Source: an uncultured Gammaproteobacteria bacterium (GTDB lineage Bacteria > Pseudomonadota > Gammaproteobacteria > CAWCPV01). From it: DNA of 64,000 nt. The stretch spans positions 672,001 through 736,000 of the forward strand of contig CAWCPV010000004.1 of assembly GCA_963797555.1 (NCBI GenBank), written 5' to 3'. Below the pieces are notes generated by a model. That model had not been told where the DNA came from and searched no databases. It was given only the letters and a program-made list of their open reading frames with translations. The position numbers and the translations under genes are program-made. This document shows positions 12,571-21,912 of this stretch, piece by piece (the first letter of the stretch is position 1; each line of letters begins with the position of its first letter).

Positions 12571-13782
12571 TCAGGCGCGTTGCGGTAACGGGATAACCTC
12601 AGCCCCGGCCTTGAGCTTGTCGAGGTAGTCCGACCACTGCTGCATCATCTTGCGGCGTTCGGGCAGGTGCGCGGTGCGGTTGTAGGCGCGTCCGTTCGGG
12701 TCGCGCACGGCATGGGCGAGCTGGTGCTCGATGTAATCGGGGCGCACGCCCAGCACTTCATCAAGTATGGTCCGCGCCACTGCCCGGAAGCCGTCCCCGC
12801 TCATTTCTTCCTTGCCGATGCCCATGCGCCGCATGGCGGCGAGGATGGCGTTATCGCTCATTGGCCGCCCGTTGCTGCGTGCTCCTGGAAAGGCAAAGCG
12901 CCCGCCTCCGGTGAGCGGGTGAAGTTCGCGCAGGATGTCCACGGCTTGCGTCGAGAGGGGGACGATATGCGGGGTGTTGGTCTTGGTGACGGTGTAGCGC
13001 CATTCGGCCGCGTCCAGGTCGATGTCGGCCCACTCGGCCTTGCGCAATTCGCCGGGGCGCACGAACACCAGCGGAGCGAGCTTCAGGGCACATTGCACGG
13101 TGAGGGTGCCTTGGTAGCCGTCCATCGCCCGCAGGATGTCCGCGACCCGTTTCGGATCGGTGGTCGCCGCGAAGTGCTCGCCCTTCACCGGTGGCAATGC
13201 GCCGCGTAGATCGCCGGAAGGATCGCGTTCGGCGCGTCCGGTGGCGACGGCGTAACGGAATACCTGTCCGCAATTGCCCAAGGCGCGATGTGCCGTTTCC
13301 AGCGCCCCTCGGCCTTCGATGCGACGCACCACGGCCAGCAACTCAGGCGCGGCGATCTCGGCAATCGGTCGCCCGCCGATCCACGGGAAGATGTCGCGCT
13401 CGAAGCGCCGGAGGATGCGGTCGCCGTGACTCGATGCCCAGGTCGCGGAATACTTGGCGAACCATTCCCGCGCCACCACCTCGAAACTGTTTGCTGCCCG
13501 GTCGGATCGCGCCGACTTCTGCGCCTTGCGGTTCTCGCTGGGGTCGATGCCATCGGCCAGTAGCTTGCGCGCCGCGTCCCGGCGGTCGCGGGCGTCTTTC
13601 AGACTCACATCGGGATAGGTGCCGAGTGACAGGAGCTTTGCCTTGCCCGCGTAGCGATACTTCAAGCGCCACCACTTACCCCCGCCGGGGGTCACTAGGA
13701 GGAACAGACCCTTGCCGTCGGCCGCTTTGTACGGCTTGTCCTTGGGCTTGGCGTTCTTGCAGGAAGCGTCGGTCAGGGACAT
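12571..13782 (-). CDS. P4-like tyrosine integrase (arm-binding domain + catalytic domain)
   Basis: MSLTDASCKNAKPKDKPYKAADGKGLFLLV, LGTYPDVSL, VRPGELR, IEHQLAH, AYNR; adjacent to the ssrA 3' end. Confidence 0.93.
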   Translation of the reverse strand: MSLTDASCKNAKPKDKPYKAADGKGLFLLVTPGGGKWWRLKYRYAGKAKLLSLGTYPDVSLKDARDRRDAARKLLADGIDPSENRKAQKSARSDRAANSFEVVAREWFAKYSATWASSHGDRILRRFERDIFPWIGGRPIAEIAAPELLAVVRRIEGRGALETAHRALGNCGQVFRYAVATGRAERDPSGDLRGALPPVKGEHFAATTDPKRVADILRAMDGYQGTLTVQCALKLAPLVFVRPGELRKAEWADIDLDAAEWRYTVTKTNTPHIVPLSTQAVDILRELHPLTGGGRFAFPGARSNGRPMSDNAILAAMRRMGIGKEEMSGDGFRAVARTILDEVLGVRPDYIEHQLAHAVRDPNGRAYNRTAHLPERRKMMQQWSDYLDKLKAGAEVIPLPQRA

Positions 13783-13783
13783 G

Positions 13784-13867
13784 GGGGTAACTCCTACGGG
13801 GGGCAGCTCAGTTACCCCGAGAGTTACCCCCACTCAAAGCCGGATGTCGTAGGACAATAGTTACCCC
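13784..13867. repeat. GTTACCCC repeats, candidate integrase arm-type binding sites
   Basis: GTTACCCC at 13811, 13823 and 13860, with inverted GGGGTAAC at 13784, between the integrase start and ssrA. Confidence 0.55.
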
Positions 13868-13885
13868 TTAATGGACAATAAAGGC

Positions 13886-13913
13886 AAGAAAAAGCCCGCG
13901 CTTAGGCGGGCTT
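13886..13913 (-). terminator. Intrinsic terminator downstream of ssrA
   Basis: Minus strand AAGCCCGC-CTAAGC-GCGGGCTT followed by TTTCTT. Confidence 0.75.
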
Positions 13914-13946
13914 CAGGATGATGCTGGACGTGCTTGGATGGTTAAA

Positions 13947-14301
13947 TGGTGGAGGCGGCGGGAATCGAACCCGCGTCCGCAGGCCCTCCGCCCTCGGCCC
14001 TACATGCTTAGCCGTGTCTTTGGATTTAACCGCCCGGTGCCCGACCGGCAGGGCAGGCAGGTAGCGAGTCCGTCGGGTTTAACACTTCGGCTCCGGACCG
14101 GCCTCAGTGCGAGCCTGCATGGGATGACCCCCGGACCCTGAGCGCACAGGCACACTCAGTCGGAGGCCTAGCTGAACTTAAGCAGCTAGGGCGAAGCTGT
14201 CGTCGTTGGCGACTATTCGCTTGCAGCTGGATTTACGAGGTCTGCTGCGCCTCGGCATGCACCTCAGGTTTTGCAACCCACGTCGAAACCAGGTCGCCCC
14301 C
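13947..14301 (-). ncRNA. ssrA: tmRNA; tag peptide ANDDSFALAA (14178-14210)
   Basis: 5' GGGGGCGACC, 3' GGTTCGATTCCCGCCGCCTCCACCA, tag reading frame ending ALAA-stop, next to smpB. Confidence 0.96.
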
Positions 14302-14415
14302 AAGCGAAACTCCTGATGAATTGTAGACGGACTTGGCCCCTCTGACCACAATTGGCCACTCGGCCAGCATCCGCGAAGTGAGACACGCACCACCTGTAAA
14401 TAGTTCCGCCCGTCC

Positions 14416-14886
14416 TCAGCGGACCTTGATCACACGCTGCTTGTCCCGCTGCCAGTCGCGCTCCCGCTCCGTGGCGCGCTTGTCATACTGCTTCTTGCCC
14501 TTGGCCAGTCCGATTTCGAGCTTGACGTGTCCTCGTTTCCAGTAGATGGTCAGCGGTACGAGTGTGTAGCCGCGGCGCTCCACGGCCCCGATAAGCTTGT
14601 TCAGCTCTGCGCGGCGCAGGAGGAGCTTGCGCGTGCGCAGAGGGTCAGGGTGAATGTGGGTCGAGGCGGTGGGCAAGGGCGATATGTGGGCGCCGAGCAG
14701 CCACGCCTCGCCCTCCTTGAGGACCGCGTAGCTCTCCTTGAGCTGAATACGCCCCCCGCGCACGCTCTTCACCTCCCACCCCTGCAGGGCGACACCCGCC
14801 TCGTAGCGGTCCTCGATGAAGTACTCATGCAGGGCCTTCCTGTTGGCCGCGATGCTGCCGTTGTCCGGGTCGTGCCGCTTGTTCAT
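14416..14886 (-). CDS. smpB: SsrA-binding protein SmpB
   Basis: [49 protein letters not shown]. Real start taken as MNKRHD at 14886. Confidence 0.96.
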   Translation of the reverse strand: MNKRHDPDNGSIAANRKALHEYFIEDRYEAGVALQGWEVKSVRGGRIQLKESYAVLKEGEAWLLGAHISPLPTASTHIHPDPLRTRKLLLRRAELNKLIGAVERRGYTLVPLTIYWKRGHVKLEIGLAKGKKQYDKRATERERDWQRDKQRVIKVR

Positions 14887-14892
14887 CAACCA

Positions 14893-14898
14893 ATTATA
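14893..14898 (-). promoter_or_regulatory. sigma70 -10 box (TATAAT) 6 nt before the smpB ATG
   Basis: Minus strand CTTGGC-TATAAT-TGGTTG-ATG; no clear Shine-Dalgarno. Confidence 0.45.
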
Positions 14899-15109
14899 GC
14901 CAAGTTGGGGGGTATCCCGCGCCGGCTCGGGCACCTTGAGCCATTCGTAGAATTCGCGGACAATGACGGCCGAACACCGGGAGACTGGTATGGCGCAGGC
15001 ACGTGCGTCAATCCACGGCCACTGGTCTTCCAATGGCAAATTTGTTCTCCCTCTCACGCGGTGGCGGGCCGGCAGGGGTTGTCGGTCATGCGCAGGTAAT
15101 CGAACATCA

Positions 15110-15339
15110 GGCAGCATGGTGAGCGAGGTATACACGTCCTGGCCCATCTCGTTGCGCGGACATACCAGAGTCACCGCACCATCCGGATGCACCGTTATCC
15201 ACGCGTTCGGCTCGAACGCAGGCGCGGCTGCCGCGGCATCTTCCGGCCAGCCGAGCCGCAAGCCGAGCATCAGCCCCCCGCCGGCCAGGGCGGAGACTTT
15301 GAGGAACTCCCGTCGAGAAGAATCGAACCTCGCGTTCAT
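15110..15339 (-). pseudogene. Molybdopterin oxidoreductase beta subunit (IorB-like) N-terminal fragment with Tat signal
   Basis: SRREFLK Tat motif and [29 protein letters not shown]; similarity stops after ~76 aa. Confidence 0.75.
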
Positions 15340-15635
15340 GCGGAGACCTCCAGCTCTTTGGCGGCGTCATGGATGGCGAGCCGGATGCGCTGGTAGGTGC
15401 CGCAGCGGCACAGGTTGCCCTGCAATGGCCTGGTCGATGTCGGTGTCGCTCGGCTTGGGATTCTGGCTGAGCAGCGCTGTGGCCGCCATCACCTGGCCGG
15501 ACTGGCAGTAGCCACACTGCGGCACCTGGATCCTGTCCCAGGCGGCTTGCACCGCCCGCGCCACGCGACCGGTGAGCCCCTCGATCGTCGTGACCTCGTG
15601 TCCCGCGACCGCAGAGATTGGCAGCACGCACGAAA
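15336..15635 (-). pseudogene. (2Fe-2S)-binding subunit (IorA-like) C-terminal fragment
   Basis: VTTIEGL, VPQCGYCQSGQ, then NLCRCGTY after a frameshift; N-terminus missing. Confidence 0.78.
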
Positions 15636-15960
15636 ATGTCGCCTCTGTCGCCATTCGCCGTGGCCCAGAGCTGCTCGCCGCGGGCTTTGATGATCGAGCG
15701 GCTGATCGCGCTCCCCATCCCGGCCGTCCGCCTTGGTCGTATGGAACGCCTCGAACAGCTAAGCGGCGCGCTCAGGGTCCACCCCCGTGCCCGAGTCCCG
15801 CACCTCGACCAGCATACCGCTCGACTCGTCATTCCCGGAGCCAATGGCCAACTCCCGGCGGCGATCGCCGATTCCGCAGCCGCGGCGACCGCACGGTCGA
15901 TGTCTCCGCGCCCGCCATCCTACCAGTAACATGGCATAGCGCATCGGCGAATTCCAGACG
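15635..15960 (-). pseudogene. Histidine kinase HATPase C-terminal fragment
   Basis: VEVRDSGTGVDP, FEAFHTTK, G.AISRSII, LWA.N motifs with a stop codon and frameshifts. Confidence 0.65.
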
Positions 15961-15964
15961 AAGC

Positions 15965-16220
15965 GCTCTTGTCCTGCCTCTCGCCGATCTGGGCTACGAG
16001 GCCGTCGTTCCTGGCCCGTGCCCGAAGCACCCGGTCTCCTGGTATATCGTTTCACTCACAGTATGTATTCCGCTAACGCGGGTCGGCTCTTGCGGGAGGT
16101 CGTGGATCTCGCCGATGGGGCTCAACCCTCTCTGTCACGGTTCTGTATCGAAGCATCCGCGGTGGCTGATGTCGACTTCACCGCCGCAGCGACCTTGCGC
16201 TCGATCCACGGGATCGGACT
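15965..16220 (+). pseudogene. SulP/STAS domain fragment
   Basis: PGLLVYRFTHSMYSANA and AVADVDFTAAATLR. Confidence 0.6.
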
Positions 16221-16221
16221 G

Positions 16222-16770
16222 TGTCGATGAGAATGAGACACCTGGGTTTGGAATTTAGTGAGCAACGCGGGTGTTGGGGTCATTGGTCGTCTCCTGGGGT
16301 GGGGTGTTCGGCAGGTTGATGCCGACGACCGTAGGCAGTTCGGGTGGTGTCGGGATCTTTCCCTTGAAGCGCTCGGGATGCGCTGCATAGGCTGCCCGCA
16401 GGACTGGGGCACGGCTGTGCCAGAGCGCGGGCGCGGTGCCGAAGTGCGTGGATGGCCGCCGGCGTCATGAAGCGGATGCCGGAGTGCCGGTGCTCGTCGT
16501 TGTACCAGGCGAAGAAGGTGCGCAGGTGCGCTCGGGCGTGCTCCAGGCTCTCGAAGCGCGCCGGGAACTCAGGCCGATATTTGAGCGTCTTGAACTGCGC
16601 CTCCGAGAACGGATTGTCGTTGGAGACCCGCGGCCGCGAGAAGGAAGCCGCGACGCCCAGATCGACCAAGAGCTCCGTGGTCGTCTTCGCGCGCATGGGG
16701 CTGCCGCAATCAGAATGCAGTGTGAGCGCGTCGCGCGCGATGCCATGCTTTTGGCAGGTTTCGTCGATCA
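16222..16770 (-). mobile_element. IS3/IS481-like transposase C-terminal remnant with element end
   Basis: TLHSDCGSPM, SRPRVSNDNPFSEAQFKTLKY, WYNDEHRHSGI; terminal GTGTCTCATTCTCATCGACA. Confidence 0.8.
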
Positions 16771-16774
16771 AGGC

Positions 16775-16860
16775 ATGGGCTATTGAGGCACCGCCAGACG
16801 AAAGGGGCGGAAACAGATAGACCCGGCCTACGGTCTCGGGAGGCCTGCCCTCTACTCTAC
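16775..16860 (+). other. Possible group II intron 3' (domain VI) remnant
   Basis: GGCACCGCCAGACGAAAGGGGCGGAAACAGATA...CTCTAC resembles bacterial group II intron 3' ends (recalled pattern). No domain V or RT gene is present. Confidence 0.4.
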
Positions 16861-16880
16861 CCGTGACGCAGACCCCAAAA

Positions 16881-17034
16881 AGCATTGACCACGGAGGACA
16901 CGAAGAATTCTTATTAACCCATGCAGAGAAGCGATTAGCGAGGAGAACACGGGGTTTTCAGCAGTTATCCCCGTGCTCCCCGTGTCCCCCGTCGTCAATG
17001 CTGTTTCAAAAAACCTCTCCGTGTCCTCCGTGGT
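16881..17034. repeat. Nested palindromic (REP/MITE-like) element
   Basis: Perfect 15-bp inverted repeat ACCACGGAGGACACG (16888) / CGTGTCCTCCGTGGT (17020), AGCATTGAC/GTCAATGCT pair, and internal CCCCGTG copies. Confidence 0.7.
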
Positions 17035-17875
17035 GATGGCTTTTTGTGTTGGACGTTCTTAGGTGCTTATCGCTCGTGGCGTCTGCAGTCCAGGCGCCCG
17101 TCGGGACGCGGCCCACCATGCCCCCGGTATAGAGGACTACGAGCAGGAGCAGGTTGCTGACCTGCGGCCATGCTTCCCGCCAGGTCGCGCCCATTTGATT
17201 GAGCATGAGGAAACCCTGGATGCCGGGCGTGCTCGGCAGCAGATGCGAGAGCCAGACGACCGGTTGGCTGATCGACTCCACGGGAAATGCAAATCCGGAC
17301 AGAAAGAGCAACGGAATGGAAATACCGCCGATGATCTGCAGCGCGCGTTCCCGCGTTCCCATCCAGCATCCGAGCGCGATGCCGACGGCCGCCACTGCCA
17401 GCGCGTACAGCGCGCCGAACACGATCGCTCCGGACAGATTGGCGGCGCGCGGTAGGTCGTGATACCAGAACACGAAGCCGATCCAGAACATGAGCGCGGC
17501 AAACGCCAGCAGCCAGAATCCACCCACCATGCCGGCAAAGGCCCCGAGCGAGAGTCGCCCGTCCGGCGCGATCGCCCAACGCCCGCCTTCCACCCAGGTG
17601 CCGATCACGAGGCAGATCGCAATGATCAGCAGTTGGTGAATGATCAGACCCATCGACGCCGGCACGACATAGCTGGCATAACCCTGGTTGGTGTTGAACA
17701 GCGGCTGCTTCACGAACAACGGGCCGGAGTGTGCGAGACGCATGACCGCTGCCGGGGGCACGTGCGATCGCACCAGTTGTGCGGTAACCGTTCAGACCCT
17801 CCCACCAGTTGATCGATGCGTTAAGAGCGCGTCCAGCGCAGCAGAGCCGCTCGGCTTGTCGTACACTCCCGGCTC

Positions 17876-18594
17876 ATGGATCAAGAGCCCTCTATTCCGC
17901 AGGCGATCACGGCGAGCGGCCGGAGCTTTACCGAAGAGGAGATCTCCGCCATCGTCCGAATGGTGTCGATGTGCGTGGGCCTGAGTCGTTTTGAGCTGGC
18001 GCAGACCATCTGTGAGCTGCTGGGGTGGAGACGGGACAACGGAGCCCTGAAGTCCCGCGAGGGTCGGGATCTACTGGAGCGGTTGGAAGCTCGGGGGGAT
18101 CTGGGGCTTCCCGCCAAGCGCACGGGCAGGCCCAAGGGGCGGCGCACCTGCACTGCGCAGACCGATCGGGGCGAACGCCGCGGCGAGATTGCCGGTGCGC
18201 TGCAGGAGGTGGCCCCGGTGGAGCTTCAGTTAGTGCGCCAGGCCGAGGGACGGGCATTGTGGCGCGAGCTTCTCGCGCGCTATCACTACTTGGGCTATGC
18301 CACACCCTTTGGGGCCCAGTTGGTCTATCTCATCTGCTCCCAGCGCCGGGAGGGGGAGGTGTTGGGCGGGCTCACCTACACCAGCCCGGCCTGGCGCATG
18401 CAGGCCCGCGATGCGTGGATCGGCTGCGCTTTGCCGGGACCTGCTACCGGGCGGCCAACTGGTGCGAGGTGGGCGAGACCAGCGGACGCGGGCGCATGGA
18501 CCGTGCGCACCAACGCCATGGCAGAGCGATAAAGCGGGTCTTCCTCTACGCTCTGCACCCGCAGGCCAGAGAGCGCCTGCGCGGTGAGCGCTGA
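17876..18594 (+). pseudogene. DUF4338 (DruA-like) protein with internal deletion/frameshift
   Basis: SRFELAQTICELLGW, RYHYLGY, AWRMQARDAWIG, then in another frame RFAGTCYRAANW..VGETSGRGRMDR. Confidence 0.72.
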
Positions 18595-18596
18595 AC

Positions 18597-20165
18597 TCAA
18601 GCGGGCGCAGGAAGCGGCGGTGCCTCAAAGCCGCGGCGTCGGTGGGCGAGGACATCTCTGAGATAGCACAGCGGGGAGCTCAATCGCAGCCGAGAAGTCT
18701 CGATCACACTGGCGAGCAGCGCCAGCGCCCGGCTGCCTTGTTCGCTGCGGGTCCCCTGGCTGATGCGACGCAGAATCACCCAGTGACGCAGCGCCCGCTC
18801 CGCCACGTTGTTGGTCAGCGGCAGCTGAGGCTCATCCAACACCCGGAAGATCGCCCCCCAGTCGTTGAGCAGCTCCTTGCCCAGCGCCTGGGCCTTGTCA
18901 TAAGGGCAGCAGCTCATGCGTTCACACAGGGCCGTGAGCTCGTTGAGCTCGCCCGGGTGGGCTTGCCGCAGGGAGCCGCCCGGTCCCTCGCGGGCGTGAT
19001 AGACGGCCTGCATCAGCGCATCGAGCAGGTCATAGACCGCCTGGCCGTAGCCCTGGAGGGTGGGCGAGAGGCAATCCCTCAGGCCCCGGGCCTTGCGAAT
19101 GAGATGCGCCCAGCAACGCAGGCGCTTGGCATAGTCCCGATAGACCTGGTACCCATCGCTCATCAGATAGCCGCAGAAGAGATCCTCGATGAGGTTCTGA
19201 AACATCTCTTTGGCGCGAGAGCCGACCAAGAACAGCGCCGTCGAGGCCGAGATGAACACCCATAACCACAAGGGCTCTCCCCATTGCTTGTGCGGTGTCT
19301 CATCGGCATGCATGAGGGCCGCTTCCAGCAACTGGGTCACCAGCTCATCCTCGACCGGCTCGCAGGCACGGGCGGTCTCCATCACGCATTGGTGGAGGGT
19401 GCCGATGCCGAGCGCCAGCCCAAACACCTCGTGCAGGAACTCCCGGACCAGGCGGATGGACAGGCGCATCCGAAACCGCAGCCAGACGATGAAGGCGCAC
19501 AATCCCGGCCCCACCAGGCGCCACTCGCCAAGCTCCACCCCTCGCCAGCATCCCAAGTGCTCGGGCGCGCGGTGCGGCGCCTGCCGGGTCTCATGACCAC
19601 AGTCGCAACGGCTCTGGTAGTATACCTGCCGCGTGCAGGTCAGGCGCAGCCCCGGCGCCTGCTCATCGCCAAAGACCAAGTCCAGCCTATCAAAGGCGGT
19701 GTAGGGCTTCGCCTGCTCAGGATTGAGCGCCCCACCACACAGCGCACAACTTCCCGGCCGATGATGGTCCCAATCGGTGACTGTCAGCTTCTGGGCGCGC
19801 CCGAATCCCTGGGAGCCAGGCTGCCGGCCCGCTCGGCGCTGCGTCCCTGAGGTCTTGCCACTCGTGTCCTTTGCGCCCTTCTGGCCGCCAGCCCCGGGGA
19901 GGCCATCCTCCTCAGAACGGCTCTTGGCCTCCTCGTCCTCAGGACCGGCGTCGGCCTCTTCGTCCTCCCGCGCACGCAGCCAGGGGTCTTGACTGCTCGG
20001 CGGACGAGAGCTATTGGAGGGACTCTGATTGAGCCGCTCCCACGCTTCCTTGAGATCCTGCAGCAGGCGGATGCTCAGCGCTGCCAGCGCATCGGGATCC
20101 TTCTGCCTCAGCTCCAGAATGCGCTCCTCGCTGAGCTGACGAAGGTCGTGCTCCTTGAGCACCAT
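18597..20165 (-). CDS. IS66-family transposase (single-ORF type)
   Basis: SPSNSSRPPSSQ, Zn-ribbon CxxCGG, HADET, SDGYQVY, CWAHLIRK, TNNVAERALR. Confidence 0.92.
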   Translation of the reverse strand: MVLKEHDLRQLSEERILELRQKDPDALAALSIRLLQDLKEAWERLNQSPSNSSRPPSSQDPWLRAREDEEADAGPEDEEAKSRSEEDGLPGAGGQKGAKDTSGKTSGTQRRAGRQPGSQGFGRAQKLTVTDWDHHRPGSCALCGGALNPEQAKPYTAFDRLDLVFGDEQAPGLRLTCTRQVYYQSRCDCGHETRQAPHRAPEHLGCWRGVELGEWRLVGPGLCAFIVWLRFRMRLSIRLVREFLHEVFGLALGIGTLHQCVMETARACEPVEDELVTQLLEAALMHADETPHKQWGEPLWLWVFISASTALFLVGSRAKEMFQNLIEDLFCGYLMSDGYQVYRDYAKRLRCWAHLIRKARGLRDCLSPTLQGYGQAVYDLLDALMQAVYHAREGPGGSLRQAHPGELNELTALCERMSCCPYDKAQALGKELLNDWGAIFRVLDEPQLPLTNNVAERALRHWVILRRISQGTRSEQGSRALALLASVIETSRLRLSSPLCYLRDVLAHRRRGFEAPPLPAPA

Positions 20166-20729
20166 GATTGTGTGTGACAGTGAGGTCGAGGAACATCCTG
20201 CCAAGGGCACCCAACTGTCTCACGCTGGAACCGTTTTGTCCAGCCCTCCGGGTCAAAATATTCCAGGGGGGTGAACGGTTACGTTGTGCGGCGTACGCCG
20301 GTGCCGCGATCTCGGCCACCACTTCCGCCGCCGTATCGAGGATTGTGCCATCCACAACGATGTAGCCGCCGTTGGCCATGACCGTCACGCCTGTCGGTGT
20401 TCCGTGCAATACATCGCGATAGAAATCTCTGGGCACCGCAACAATGCCGCCGACTTCACCCTTTTGCAGGCGGGGAACCGCGTCCTCGACAGTGCTCGAA
20501 ACCCCTTAGACGCGAACCGCCTGGGTCGCATCGAGGTCGCGCTCGAGTTGCCGCGACATCGGACTGGCGTCGTAATCGGCGACGACGACCGGGACGTCGC
20601 GCACTTCTTGCGCCGAATAGGGCAGCGGATAGAACATGAAGTAGAGCAGGATACCTCCGACAGCGGGAACCAGCGCTCCCTTGTCGAAGATGACCGACCG
20701 GAGCGTCCACCGAAAGGCCTGCCACGAGT

Positions 20730-21908
20730 TCATCGTTCGCCCCAGCCCTCGGGGTCACGGCAACGTTTCGCCAGCAACGGGATGCCGATGGCCAGCGGCA
20801 CGACGATGTAAACGCCCCAGAGCACGGCGAAGGGCGCCGCCGATACGGAGAGCGGAGCGCCGATGTTCCACTGTTGCTGCTGAATCTCGTAGAAGTAGTG
20901 GAACGGCACGATCGCGCTCCAGACCTTCGCCGCCGTGGTCATCGAGTACAAGGGATACGTGAAGCCGGTAAACGAGACCGCGGTAACGTTCGAGACCGCG
21001 ACGAGCGCCAAGGCGATACGCATCGTTCCGGTCAGGCCAATGATCATCGCCGGAATTGCGCAGCACACGATGATCAAGGACAACAGACCCAGGCTCCACA
21101 CAAGCATGCTCCCATTCACCGTCCATCCCCGATAGCCGGCGAGCCAGACCACGACTCCAATGGCAAGCACCGTGAAACAGAGCAGCAGGGGCAGCAGCTT
21201 TCCGATCAGCGCCGCGGCGATGCTGCCGTGCGCGGATGCCAGCCAAGCGCCCGCGGTACCGTCGCGATATTCGCGTCCGATGGCATAGGCCGCGCCGCCC
21301 AGGGCGAAAAGGTGGAGTATTGCCGGCAGGAAAGCCCCGGTGAGCGCCCGCTCGAAGGAAAATTGCGGAGCGTAGAGCGATCGCAACTCAACCCGCACGG
21401 CGCCTGCGCGACGTTCCGCGCCGGCAAAGCCGCCTCCGAGCCCGGCTGCCGTGGTGAGAACTCTGCTTTCAACGACAGATCCGATGGCACCGACAACGTC
21501 GATGGTGAGCAACGTCCCTGCCGCGTGGAACTGCTCGTTCGTGTAGAGAACGACCGGCAGTGGATCGCCGCGCCGGGAACGCCGTTCCCAGTCCGCCGGC
21601 ACCTGCACCACGGCGTAGACGCGTCGCTCGCGCACCAGGGGCCACGCTTCCTCGAGCGTGCTGGGGCGCGCGGCAATGGCGGTCGAGCGTGCCGCCTCGA
21701 GCGCGATGGCGAGATGGCGCGAGCCGGGCGAATGGTCTTCGTCGACGAACGCCAGCGGTAGTTTCACCATGACGCCTTGCGCGAGAATCGCCCACGTAAG
21801 CGCCATGACCAGCGCCGGGAACCAGCTGATCAGCGCAATGTCCCAGGGATGCGCGCGAAGATAGGCGATCTCGCGTGCGAATGCTCCACCAACACCGGCG
21901 ATAAACAC
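20730..21908 (-). CDS. ABC-2 type transporter permease
   Basis: LPLAFVDEDHSPGSR periplasmic loop followed by several TM helices; 392 aa intact. Confidence 0.85.
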   Translation of the reverse strand: MFIAGVGGAFAREIAYLRAHPWDIALISWFPALVMALTWAILAQGVMVKLPLAFVDEDHSPGSRHLAIALEAARSTAIAARPSTLEEAWPLVRERRVYAVVQVPADWERRSRRGDPLPVVLYTNEQFHAAGTLLTIDVVGAIGSVVESRVLTTAAGLGGGFAGAERRAGAVRVELRSLYAPQFSFERALTGAFLPAILHLFALGGAAYAIGREYRDGTAGAWLASAHGSIAAALIGKLLPLLLCFTVLAIGVVVWLAGYRGWTVNGSMLVWSLGLLSLIIVCCAIPAMIIGLTGTMRIALALVAVSNVTAVSFTGFTYPLYSMTTAAKVWSAIVPFHYFYEIQQQQWNIGAPLSVSAAPFAVLWGVYIVVPLAIGIPLLAKRCRDPEGWGER

Positions 21909-21912
21909 AACG

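Larger units (their letters stand above)
1..13946. mobile_element. Genomic island integrated at the tmRNA 3' end carrying BREX (left boundary outside window)
   Basis: Integrase immediately downstream of ssrA, followed by defence cargo. The second att copy is not in the window. Confidence 0.75.
17784..20282. mobile_element. Complete IS66-family element (~2.5 kb) with passenger gene
   Basis: Terminal inverted repeats GTAACCGTTCA (17784) / TGAACGGTTAC (ends 20282); 8-bp target duplication GTTGTGCG at 17776-17783 and 20283-20290. Confidence 0.92.
17059..20733 (-). pseudogene. ABC-2 type transporter permease, interrupted by IS66 element
   Basis: 5' half 20283-20733 (YFMFYPLPY, VVVADYDASPMSRQL) and 3' half 17059-17783 (LFNTNQGYASYVVPA, FLSGFAFP) flank the IS. 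Confidence 0.82.

Noticed and set aside
13947-13980. tRNA gene at the TGGTGGAGGCGGCGGGAATCGAACCC motif
   Set aside because: This is the tRNA-like 3' end of tmRNA; the matching 5' end and tag peptide lie upstream.
14416-15339. 307-aa ORF suggesting a Tat-exported SmpB fusion
   Set aside because: A truncated IorB start happens to be in frame with smpB across non-coding GC-rich DNA; smpB has its own ATG and -10 box.
17876-18594. Complete Druantia defence system
   Set aside because: No DruE helicase or other dru genes nearby; the DUF4338 gene is inside an IS and internally deleted.
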